A stretch of 64,000 nt of DNA, taken from contig OZ237759.1 of NCBI GenBank assembly GCA_965178125.1, positions 744,001 to 808,000 of the forward strand. Reading direction: 5' to 3'. Below are positions 11,844 to 23,383 of the stretch, one piece after another. The stretch's first letter is position 1. Each line of letters starts with the position of its first letter. A program made the position numbers and the translations under genes. The stretch comes from Bilabrum cf. latius. Lineage: Eukaryota. Under the pieces are notes generated by a model, which was not told the origin of the DNA, did not search any database, and saw nothing but the letters and a program-made list of their open reading frames with translations.

Positions 11844-13990
11844 TCATCCACCAAAGGACCAGAGGGAAGGAGAGTGAGCCCGAGCCATCCTCGTACGGAC
11901 AGCCGGACCGTCAACACATGCCATCCGCCACCAGCGGGACGTCCATGTACGACGTAGCTACTCCCTTTCACGCAAGACACAACGAAGCAAAGTCGCCATC
12001 TCACGCGCCCAGATCCTCTCAAGAGTGTGCATGAGCCCTCTAGGGCGAGCCACACGATGTCCTCTCCGATCCTGAGCTCGCATTGCAGCGTACAGGTCAT
12101 CCGATGAGCTCGCAGTCCAGCCTCGCACCGAGGCCCCAGTCCACCACCTGCAGGCAGTCCAGGACGGAAACGCTCTGATCTTTACACTCAGCTCATCAAC
12201 CACCCGTGTCGCAAGCCGTACCAATCCAACAGAGGCGCTAGAGCGGGCAATTGCTCGGCGCATCCTGGGAATGGTTCGCTCAGCAGCAGCGACTCCACGC
12301 CTGTCCTGCTCCAGAGGTTGTGGGTGAGGTTCAAGACGTAGGCCATGGTCCGCCCATGCCTTCCTTATCTTGCCCTTCTCCTCTGAAGTTCGACTGGCCC
12401 AGTCACCGGAGACCCACTCTGCCTGAAGACCACGTGACTGCAGCGATGACTCTCGGCGAGCCATCTCCACAGCCACCTTGTCAGTCAGTTCTGGAGTAGG
12501 GGAACAGGAACGAGGGTAAATACCCGCACGAACACGAAGGATCAATCGACCGTCGGAGCCACGCGGTTGCAGTGCTGCAGTGGTAGGCAGTGAACCAGGG
12601 CCGAACACCCCATCAACCTGACCATGGTACTGGTCCAGTGACACTGTCTGTTCTGCATTCTGCTGCCTGATTGCGCTCGCCAGGACGTAACCGGAGTGGC
12701 ATCCAGGGCTCAAGTTCCTGAAAGACCTGATGCTAGAAGCAGACTTCGACGAGTGCCAACGGCGCACCGCCCGATTCAGCTCCTTCTCACCCAGCCAAGT
12801 CATCCCGTTGTCAACAGATACTCCATTGTCATGAAGGTGAAGCCTGAGAGACGCCGCAGCACCAAGAGGTCCCTGCTGCGACATCTGCGGGCACATGTAT
12901 GCAGTCCGGATGTAGTGAGATACCACTGGTAGGCCCCTCCTATCTGGGGCTCGCTTGAGCTCAAAGAGGTCCCGTGCGGTCCTTCCGGCAGCACTCGCAA
13001 GCCATACCTCAGATCCCAACGCCACTTTCGGCACTCGACGTCCCTCGACGGCAAATGGCATACGGTCAGCCATTCCAGTGGCCAGCATCCACCTCATGCG
13101 TGCCAGGAAACGGTCCACTACACTCATCACAGCTGCATTCATGATCACGCCGTAGTTCACCGAGATCCGCTGTTCCAGACCTCGAAAGCGTTCCCAGCCA
13201 GTGGCACATCCAGCAGCACCAATGCCATAGAGCGCGCTAGTGAGCGCTCCAGAATAGAGAATCTGGGAGTGTAGACGTACCGACCAATCACAGTCAACTG
13301 CAGCGCGGGTTATGATGGATGCTTGTTGCATCGCCATTGCCACCCTCCGCCGAACGTGAGGGACCATGTCAATGGCTATCACGTCCCTCTCTTCGTAGCC
13401 GGGGCCAAGCTCTGCTGCTGTGGCATGGATCCTCGTCGTTGATATCAGCAACCCTAGATACACATACAACTTCGCGCGGGGGACGGTCCATGTCTGTTCT
13501 ACCCAGGATGGGTTCACTTCCGTGGCTGTACACGCGATATCGTCGTCCCACCCTCGGGGAAAGGAGTCGGCTGCAAGTCCAAACGGCATCATGGCAGTCT
13601 TTTTCGCGAGCCCTGATGGACTCACTGGTCGAAATCCAAGCTCAAGTCCGGCCAGTTCAAACAGCTCAGTGACGACCGCGACCACCTGACAGGCCTCTGT
13701 CCATGTCGTTGCTGCCGCTACATAGTCATCTGCATAGCCGCACTGTCCCCAGGGAGTACCCCTAGATCCTGGTGACGGTTGCAGTACATGAGAGTGTCCC
13801 AACTCTGAGCGCTCTCTAGCAATGGCCTCGAGTAGGACCCCCATGAAGACGAGGAAGAGCGCCGGTGAGGGTACTTCTCCTTGCGGGGTCCCAGCTTCCT
13901 TCTGGATTGGCCTGGATGTCTTGCCAGTAGCTGGATCCCTGATCCGGACCGAGACCTTCAATCGTGACAGAAGGAAACCAGTTGCCTGAT
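11844..13990 (-). mobile_element. 5'-truncated non-LTR (LINE-type) retrotransposon reverse transcriptase ORF
   Basis: GTPQGEVPSPALF, GYADD, KKTAMM and YVYLG are LINE RT motifs; the upstream RT motifs and endonuclease are absent. The frame continues past TAG at 11958 to TGA at 11844-11846. Confidence 0.88.
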
Positions 13991-14127
13991 CTCCCCGAGA
14001 TAGAGGATTCCGGCAGAGTTCAAGTTGCGTGTTGTTTGGCGTTTATACGATTTTCAGAGGGACGACACCAATGATTCATTGGCAGTCCAAAACTGCAACA
14101 TTGAATCGTGCTTTTAGCGGCAATTCA

Positions 14128-17100
14128 ATGCGGTAGTATTTGCCTTTTCGGTTTGCGAAGTCGTTTGCCACGCGCTCTATGCTCCCATAGCAAATACGTA
14201 GACTTGCGGGATCATGCCGTCAAGCTTGCTACAGGCCAGTCCCACGTGAGTGCAAACGGGTTGTGTATTAACATACTGGTGACTTTCCCTGATCATTTGC
14301 TGCGGCGTAGAGGCAGGACCTTTGTATTGCTTGTCACGTGAGAATGGTTTCTTGCTCTGTACTCGGATCGCAGATTTTGGTCTTGCCCAGTCACGTGGCT
14401 AGGTGCTCGCGAAGGGTAGCTTAGGCTTGATTTACTCAAAATGCCAGGAAGTCGCGGGGAGATCTTGGCTGTCGAGTGCATCGTCTTCAAGTGTTCCACC
14501 TGAAGAATACCCTATACCTGCTCCTCATGCTCAAGCAGATCCCTAGACCATTCTCCAATTCATGAAAAATCTTGAGTTGGATGGTGCTACTGGTGTATTG
14601 TTTTATATTCACTCCTAGGTGGACCACGCGACGGCTCTGCACTAGATTGAGCTGGTCACTCGCGTGATGCAGCATGGTAGGGTATTTGCTCGATCCTTCT
14701 CATCTCATGAGAGCAACAAAGGCGAAACAAGGAGCGATGTGGCACAATCAATTGCTGCTGCAGCGCGCAAGGTTGCTGAGCACAGGGAGATGGACCTAGG
14801 TATTGCTGCCTTGGATGTCGAGGCATCGGATGGATAGCAGGAAATCAGTAGGCAGCTGTTAGACAGAGCGATTTAGGCGCTGTAGCGGGCAAAACCACCT
14901 ATTGATGCGCTCTTGTTGTTGACAAATTGGAGGGTTGTGGATTGCCTGCTCTCTCCCCAATTCACTAGAGATTGGCTCGAAGTGCAGCCTGAGCTTGCGA
15001 AGCTCGCTAATATCAGGAAGAAGCGCGCCGATGAAGAAGCCGCACGCAGGAGGAAGCTTGCCGATGAAGAAGCCCTACGCAGGATGAAGCTTGCCGATGA
15101 AGAGGCAAAGCTTGCCGAAGAAGAAGCCGCACGCAGGAGGAAACTCGCCGATGAAGAGGCAAAGCTTGCCGATGAAGAAGCCGCACGCAGGAGGAAGCTT
15201 GCCGATGAAGAAGCCCTACGCAGGATGAAGCTTGCCGATGAAGAGGCAAAGCTTGCCGAAGAAGAAGCCGCACGCAGGAGGAAACTTGCCGATGAAGAAG
15301 CCGCACACAGGAGAAAGCTTGCCGATGAAGAAGCCGCTCGCAGGAGGAAGCTTGCCGATGAAGAAGCCGCAACAGATGATATGGAACTCAAAAAAAGCGG
15401 AGTTGCATCTTTGGCTTAGCTTAATAATGGTAAGGTGGCGGTGCCAGTCACTTCTCCGCGGGCGATATTGAGGCTATGCTAGCAAGCCTCTGCGGCTGGC
15501 TTTAAAGCCCCGGGTGGATTGTCTCTGCAAGATTACATCGAGTAGTAGTGCAAGGTGCGTGCAAACGTGTTTCATGACGTGATCGCCAGGCGTGTGCTGG
15601 AGACGGTTGTCGTTGTTCAGCAAGCTGAGCGGCATGTGGCTGCCGTTCCAGCTTCGAAGGACACAGTTACAGCCAAGGAAGGTACGAAGCCGGAGTCGCC
15701 GGTGAGTGGGGCTGCTATGACCCCGGAGACTACGGGGGCGAAGCAAGAGGACAAGGGGTAGGCAAGCAAGGAGCTTTTAGTCTTCACAGGAGCTGCTGAT
15801 TCTCCCAGGGAGGCCGTCCTCGTGCAAGCCGTGAGCTACATCGTTAGTCTGGCCAATTCCAACATAGCAGCCATCGGGGATACGTATCGGTGCAAGCGGA
15901 TCGTTGGCCCAATGGGGATGGGGAAAACACGAGTTCTGTTCGGAATCCGTGAAGCATGCACTCTGCTTGACTTTGCGAATGACAAGTGTTGCATCTGCCC
16001 GGTGTATGTTGATAGCCCGACTAAAACGGACCCGCGACTGCCGCTGACATATATCGCAGCAGGCCTGCATGCTCGGGGCCTGTTGGTGGATGGCGAGGAA
16101 GCTCCCGGCTGGGCAGTCCGCCGGGAAATGGTTGATGCGCGCATGCATTCCTTCGTGGAGTGGTGCGAGCGGAAGAGAGTTATCCCGGTGCTACTTTTGG
16201 ATGAGGTGGCCAATTTCAGGAGGCTCTCTGAGGAACTCAAGGGAAGGGCTTTCCGCCAGCTGGACTAGCTGGCGTCAAGATCCGATTGGCGTGGGCTTGT
16301 GCGCGTATCCGGGACGTGGTCTCAAACCTCTTAGATGTTCCAGGAAGAAGGCGTCCACCCTGAGCGCTTTTCTGAAGATTCCATTCAGGGCTTGATGAGT
16401 ACTTCAGAAGCTGCACTGATGGGGTTGTATGCATCAGAAGGAAATCGGAACGGCAACAGTACACCAGTGGGTAGCAGTACGCCATTCATCCGTACTCTTG
16501 CGAAGGGGATGATGGAGGACACGGTGCCCAGCTTGGCTGCCACGGGCTTCACCGCCCATGAGACTTTGGACAAACCTGGCCAGGCTCAGGAAGAGCCATA
16601 GCACATTTCGATGGAAGCAGTGAAGGAGTGGGCCAAGCAAACTGGAGACTTGGAGTGGAAGTCTTTGGCCGACAAAGCTGAAGCGGTAGTCGACCGAATC
16701 ATGTTCTACACGGCAGGTGTGTCTCGCTTTATCGCAGAAGCACGTGACACAGGTGAAGTGGTCGGGCTTCCCAATCGCTTCCTAAAGGCACTTGAGAGCG
16801 ACGGTGCACTTCGCCATCTTTCGAAGTGGCTGCTGAAGAAAACAGTTGAGCAGAACCCGACCGTATTCACAATGGCACAGTCGGACTACACCGACAAGGA
16901 AGTCCCGCTTGATCGGAGCGTTTTGGAGGAGGCGTATGCAATGTGGATGGTAGACTCCGACAAAAAGACTGGCGACGCCGTGGACATGCTGGATAAATAT
17001 GAACGAGCAGGATTTGTGATGACCAAAAAGTACTAGGGCAATCTAAGGTACGGTGGGAGCTTCAGGCTTGGGATTCGCTTTGCATCATCGTTTTTGCTGG

Positions 17101-18029
17101 TTCTAGCCAACCTCCACACTCTGAATCTGGTGGAGGCCTTGTCGATGGACGAGATTCAAGCTCTAAGACGTCCGTCTGGCGACTATGGGAAAGACTTAAT
17201 GGAAGGTCTACTTGCGGAAGGCTTGGCGATGAATGGCCTGCCTGGGTTGGTGAGTGGGCTGGGCGGGACTTTGGCATTCAGAAGGGTAGATGCATCAGCA
17301 TGGGACCGTGTCACGTCTGGCCAGGACGAGCATGACGGTGATGCTCGTATGGCTTCGTTGGAGAAGCTTGACCTCAAGCGACTGCATGAATCGATCGGCA
17401 CCAACATCCCGTTGAACACCATCTTGAAGGAAAGCCCGGACAGGCGAAAAGCCGATCTCATTATGATCTGCCATGCTCCTGGTAGCAAGAGAGCATTCGT
17501 TGTTCGGATACAGATCAAGATGCGGAAGGATCGTGAAAATGTGTTTCTTTCTGCGAAGATGCTCAGGGACTCCTGGGCTGCAGAGACAGAGACAGGCAAG
17601 TAGAAGCACCCTGCCGTGCACTCCATCCTAAAGGAATCGACTTCGTTGAGAGATGCCGGGATTGTTGAGTTGGTCCACGTGCCAGTTTGGATGTCAGTCA
17701 TAAAGCCTAATGATGCTGATCGGGTGACCCGAGAGCTTGGTGTGAAGGTGATCACGGGGACGTAGTTTTGGGACATTGCCATCCCGCGGGTCAGGGCTGT
17801 AGCATCTACTCTTGATCGGTATCCGGCCATCCAGTTGGACAAAGGGCAGCTCAACGAGGCAATGCAGTCCGAGCGAGCGCACGCCTACCATGACACTGTG
17901 TACGAGGTGCAGGGAGCAGAAAACACTTCAGGTACGGGTACGGTGCATGGATCCGGATTCCGGATTGGCAGGCACGCCCACCTCTACAGGGGCAGAGGAA
18001 GAGGAAGAGGCGGGGCGCAGCGTCAATGA
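14128..18029 (+). CDS. Crinkler/RHS-like P-loop NTPase + PD-(D/E)XK nuclease protein with charged helical repeats; about 18 in-frame TAG in the main exon; 5' exon tentative
   Basis: ORFs at 14913, 15555, 15822, 16335, 16611, 17094 and 17835 share one frame with no TAA/TGA from 14283 to TGA 18027-18029. Walker A GPMGMGKT (~15906), Walker B VLLLDE (~16190), ESPDRRKADL...VRIQIK (~17430-17519). Putative intron from 14246 to 14310 or 14316. Confidence 0.75.
15018..15370 (+). repeat. Coding 33/21-bp tandem repeats (KLADEEAARRR / KLADEEA)
   Basis: Repeated GAAGCTTGCCGATGAAGAAGCCGCACGCAGGAG units. Confidence 0.92.
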
Positions 18030-18047
18030 TGAGAATTGCCGTTGAGG

Positions 18048-18987
18048 ATTCGTGGGCATCTTCCCCGCGGTCACCGTGGACTCCGCCCCCAGCCGGTCTC
18101 CGGTGGCGCCTGTGCCCGCCCGAGGCTCTCTGCTGGAGCAAGTGCTGCGGAGCACGGAGATGCCCGACGTGTCCAGATTCGAGTACGCCTCCCTGAAGTA
18201 CGCCACGGAGCTCATCAACATCCAGTACCAGAAGCCGCTGAGTGTGACGTACTCGCTCGATTCTCAGTGCAACAACACGTTCACTGTTGTGCCGGCAAAG
18301 GGGGCCGAGTTTGATACGCAGATCACGATCTTCCAAGGCGACACGGTTGTGGCGAAGTCATTCGTGGAGCAGACCCCCACCGCCACGTACTCAGCTTCTG
18401 TGGGCTCGCCCACGGATCTGCAAGCGGTGGTCTCCATCTTCGGAGGGGCACCCTGGACGGCCATCGCGAACGTCACCGCGTTCTGGGAAGCCAAGGGGTC
18501 ATGCGTCAATGACGCCTCCGCACTGCTCAGGGCCAACAGTCGGCCCGCGGCCAAGGTCATCCGCCAGACCGGACAGATGCCGAGCAGCAGCAGCGATCCC
18601 ACGGTAGGGGCCACTTGGCTGGCTGGTGTATCGTTCAGGGGGGGCTACACGCTGGACGCCACTGCCGCGCCCAGGGAGACGACGCAGATAGCTATCTTGT
18701 CTCCGCGCGTGCCGGACGATACCACCGTCAACATCACACAGATGAGCCAGGGGGCCGTGAGCTGCCCCGCCACCGGCAAGCTGCCCTACTACAAGTTCGC
18801 CAACGTCACTGCCAACCGTGGGGCCACGTGCCTGTGCACGGCAGGGCCGGCGGATGCACCTGCATGCAGTCAGGTGACTGGGTGCAAGCTGAACAAGGAC
18901 ATGGCATCGTTCGAGGCCAACGCATTCATGCAGGGGGTGCAGGGGGCCGGGACTGCTGTCGGGCTGAGCTGGGATGCGCGGGTGTGA
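18048..18987 (+). pseudogene. 5'-truncated fourth copy of the secreted-protein gene
   Basis: Homology to copies 1-3 starts abruptly at ATTCGTGGGCATC (18048), about 20 bp after the preceding TGA. It lacks the signal peptide and N-terminal half; 3' flank homology continues to about 19490. Confidence 0.75.
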
Positions 18988-20069
18988 GTGCACCAGCCCG
19001 GGCTTGATACACCGATGAGATGGCGTGGCCTGGCAGGCGCGATGGGCAGTCAGGGATCTGTGGCGGGCAAGCAGTGGCGCAATGCGTGAGCTTGGTACTG
19101 GACGATGCTGATGTGATAGGCCACTGCTGTCTCTTCCATCCGGATCGTGCAGGTAGGTGCCTAGGCTCTTGCGGGCCTCGGCAGAGCTCTCGAAGCTGTC
19201 GGCTTGCGTGCCGTATCTGGGGTGGAGGGCAGTTGGACGTTGTTTGACCTGGCGGGATGCAGTCGCATGATATGTGATCTGCATGCGGCATGTGGCTGGT
19301 GTGGATCTATACTAATGAGGCGCGGGGGTGCATGCATTGAGCCGCTAGCTCCATCAGCTGGACTGCGACAGCAGCGATCCGCTGCCCGGCGTGCTTTATT
19401 CAATGGCGTGATCCCACACAATTTGCTAGCTTCTCTTGAGTCATAAATGCAATTTCAAACACTCCTAAAATGTGCAGGGTGGCACTTTGTTCGATCATTC
19501 ACGGATAATCTGATCCGTGTCTGTGTAGGCCCAGGATTCCGAATTCCGGACAGTCACAGTCCTCGTCGTTGATGACGGTCATGATAGGGCATGCACAAAA
19601 GCAGCAGCTGGACGGTGATCGCAATGATCGCGAGCGAGAAAGGACTTCGTGCCGATCCGGTTCCGCTTGCTAATGCAGTCCCATGTGGTGGCGGAAGTAC
19701 CGCTAGTCTTCAAGTCGCTGAGGTGACCCATCGAAATATCGAAACTCCGGCCTCACCGCCGTTGGATCTCAGCACACTTGGCCCGCGCTGCTCGCCTGTA
19801 TCGCCTGGCTGCTTGAGCCGCACGGGTCCGACCACTGGCAGCGGATCCGCGACTCAAAGCAAGCTTCCCATCGCCGAGCCTTGGATGCAACATTCAATAC
19901 ATATGATATCCTTACTAAGGGATTTCCGATTCCTGCCGATTTGTGCTCAGCAGGCTGTGTCTCGAGATAGATTCTTCAAATTCCGGAATAAATATTTGGT
20001 CTGCCTCAAAATGCTGTTAATGCTAGTATTATCAGCTTCAATTCACAAGCAATAAAAACCTGATTTCAT

Positions 20070-20902
20070 ATGGCAGCTGCTGCGTCAGGTGGAGCGAAAG
20101 GCGGAGATAAAGTGCTTGAAACGTACGAGCATAAGGTGACCGAACGAGAGCTCCACGATAGAAAGCACAAAGCTACACGACAGGCAAAAATCGTCATCGT
20201 CGGCGATCCAGCCGTTGGAAAAACATCTATTATGACAAGATTCTGTGAAAATCAATTTGCTAGTGAGCCTGCGTTGCTGTTGCGAGGTGCTCTTATAGGA
20301 CTTCCAAGAAATCGTGTAGGCGTGTCCTTGACCATCCATCGATTTTCGCAGAAGTGCACATTCAAACAATTGGGATGGACCTTAAGACTAAAATTGTCAC
20401 GCATGACGACGCTACGACGACCAAGCTTCAGATTTGGGACACTCCTGGGCAGGACCGATACTATAAGCTGGCTCGTGGCAACATGGCAGGAACCGACGCC
20501 GTCCTACTGGTATTTTCCTTTGACGACAGGGGAAGCTGGCGATAGGTGAGAACGTGGATCGAGAACGTGAGCGCTCTGGGGGACGACACCTGCCCGATCG
20601 TGCTCTGCGGTAACAAGCTGGACATTCGGGATCGTTGCGAAGACGACCCGGAGAAGCGGATAGGCGACAGTGAAATCAAGAAGACGGCCGAAGAACTTGG
20701 GTGCGAGGTCATGTACTCAAGCGCAAAGACGGGCGAGGGAGTTGAGCAGGTCTTTCTCAAACTAGCTGACATGGCGAGGGCGAGGATGCCGCACGACGGC
20801 AGGCGAAGGCCGACAGGCAGGAACAGCGGCAGGATTGGCAAGCTGGATTCCGGATCTGAATCGGGCAAGGAGGCCTCGGCTAGGCCTTGCTGCGGGCAGT
20901 GA
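20070..20902 (+). CDS. Rab-family small GTPase; intron 20263-20351; in-frame TAG at 20543
   Basis: Motifs GDPAVGKT, TIGMD, WDTPGQDRY, GNKLD, SAKTG and a C-terminal CCGQ before TGA. The read-through gives SWR*VRTWIENV. Confidence 0.93.
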
Positions 20903-21003
20903 CTCGCGCATGCCGGTACTTATGAAGGCATAGGTGCATTCAGACGAAAATATTGAATTGACTAGTTAGCACATCCACCACCCGCCGCACGAAATTGCGC
21001 TCG

Positions 21004-22266
21004 TCAAAGCCCATCTGCACCCAATCCAGCCGTCTATTGATCTCCCATTTGTCGCCCCCTGGGCCTGTGAGAAAAAGCTACCCCCAGTCGATCGCTCGCA
21101 GGCAAGCCGTCCATATCCCCGATTCTCTCACTGCAGCCAAGGGCTGAGCGAGGACATCCGCCAGACTCGGACCGCCCCTCCCCCTCCCCAGTCCCAGTCC
21201 CAGCCGCCTCACCGAAGAGTGAATGCAGCCTCACCGGCCCCTCCCAGCCCCCCTCCTCCTCCTCCTCCTCCTCGCGGCTCCTCTGCCACCGCATCTACTG
21301 GCCCTAGCCCTCCAGAGCAACACCCCTGTTCCCTGCGGATATGGGCTGATGGTCTGCTGCAGTGCCAGTCCCATGAGACTGTCGCCTGCCCCGCTCGCGC
21401 CGCAGTGCGATGAAATCTTTGAGCACGCTGCCTGCGCTGCGCCGCACGTCTATCAATTTCTGCGATGCAGGGGATAATCGCACCTTACCTCGCCTTCCGT
21501 GGCCATCTATCGCGCCTTTCCTGTTCTCCCCGCCCGATTGCGCCACAGTGCCGTGCACACGCACCCTCGGTGAGCCGCCAAGCGCGATGCCTCCTGCCCA
21601 TCGGTTGCCGGGCACCAGTGCCCGGGATCGATTCTCGTTGCTAGCTACCCTACGCGGCGACACTGGAGGCCGAACGAGTATCTATCCCTACCCACAGGGT
21701 GTGAGGCCGAGCGCTGCCCGCATCTTCTGATCCGCGCTTGAACCGGAGACGGGCTGCTGCCCCACCGCAATGCTCAATCGGTGCTCACCCCTGGGCCCCT
21801 GTGAGTCTGCCGCAGCCTGGTCGGGACGAGTGTGCCACGAATCATCAGCATGCTACTGCCCCGGCACCGTGTCACTGTCAGAAGATAGCTCAGGGCTTGC
21901 GTGCGGGCTAGCTGGAAACGGCAGGGCCTCGAACAGCAGCGGCGATTCAATGCAAGCTGGTGCGTCGCGCCGTTTACGCTAGCGAGGTGGTGTGTGCAGA
22001 GCCGATAAACCATTGTTAACATCGGATCTGCCTCTGGATGGGGCAACACGCCACACGATCTGGACTAGCTTTGCGTGGACTGCAGCCACCAACTGACGCA
22101 AGAAAACTCCGAATCGAAGTAGAGCAGCGCGTAAATGCCCGGTCGCAGTTTTGACAAAACGAACTAAATTTGCAGCCACGCGGTTTAGTATCTTTCGAAG
22201 CATTATGAGACCCTGCAGGGACCCAAGCTGCAAGATGGCGCCAACGGTCGCGAAGATTCCCGGCAT
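21004..22266 (-). CDS. Hypothetical protein (~420 aa) with several in-frame TAG
   Basis: ORFs 21979..22266, 21304..21663 and 21034..21294 share one frame broken only by TAG; the first TGA is at 21004-21006. Confidence 0.55.
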
Positions 22267-22529
22267 TCAATTGCCCCAAACTTCACGGCAACCTTGCCTG
22301 GCAGTTGGTGGTACTAGTTCTTATGTACTACTTTCCATATCTATGTTTGCACAAACTTGTACTATGGATACAGGCCAGTCAGTGGCTTGTTGACATCTAG
22401 TGACGAGTGTGAAGTTGCCTGGTCCACTCTTGCCACAGATAAAGCATACTGGGGGGAAAACAGACACATGCATACTTGTACATCAGTAAACAGTACGTCT
22501 GAAATGGCCCTTTGAAGCGAGCAGTAGTG

Positions 22530-23198
22530 ATGGACCAGCAGGGTGGGTAGTTCGATGCTTTCGCATTATTTGGAGAAGCTCAGCAGCGTGAGAGCAAGTA
22601 GCAACTCCGGGCAGATATTATGGATGCTTTCGACGATGAAGTGCCAAGTCATCCATTGGCATGCGGTGATGATCGACCGGATCTTTGGAATGTCGTTGCC
22701 GAGAGCCTGTCACGGGCCCCAGGAGGCCATAGTGCTCCGGGCCGCGCTGACAAGAAATCTGCCTAGGGTCTTAGTACTGGCGCAAGCGCGTCCAATGCCA
22801 AGGAATTAGGATCGGAAGGGGCGCGCGATAGACCGCCAGCCAGCCAGGGCACACGGAGCATGGAGGCTACAAATTGCGGTGCTGCTAGCGGTGAGCGAGC
22901 AGATGATGATGGTGCTGAGGGGCTGGCCACAGCCCCTTCATTCACGTACTTTGGCGCCAATGAGGAGCACGAGATGGAAGAAGAAGACGCAGCGTTCGAA
23001 CAGGCCCTGCGCGGCCGGCGGGCGCCCCTGCAGCGCCTCGCAGAGGGGGCGAGGGAAGCGGAGCAGCTGCTTCAACTTGCAGCTGCTGCTGCCACTGGCA
23101 GCGATGGTGCGAGCACGGCATTTGCAGCAGCGCCAGGCAAAGGCAACAGCCGGCGGTCAGGCGCTGGGGCAGGCAGATCACGTGGGAAGCCTGAGTGA
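22530..23198 (+). CDS. Hypothetical acidic protein (~222 aa) with 3 in-frame TAG
   Basis: MDQQGG*FDAFALFGEAQQRESK*QLRADI... is continuous with ORF 22860..23198 and ends at TGA; divergent from the 22266 gene. Confidence 0.55.
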
Positions 23199-23383
23199 AC
23201 ATTCGCAAGTGCTCTCAAGTGCTTCCTCTCGGTAGAGATCCAAAGCCATTGAGTGGCTCGACTTGCATGTCCCGTGGCATTAATCAGGTTCATATAGAGG
23301 CTTTAGTTACATGCAGCACTTACTCTTATCCTAGCAATGAGCTGAAATGCTGCATCAATTTCATTCCCTCGTTCCCATCCCTC

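Noticed and set aside
11249-11877. Short + strand ORFs downstream of the LINE ORF
   Set aside because: They are low-complexity with no recognisable motifs and may just be element 3' sequence.
14364-14390. Protein-kinase-like RIADFGLAQ motif
   Set aside because: No HRD, VAIK or Gly-rich loop is visible nearby, so it is probably coincidental.
19591-20055. 154-aa ORF upstream of the Rab gene, and short ORFs in 28.3-29.1 kb
   Set aside because: They have no motifs or coding-like composition and were treated as intergenic.
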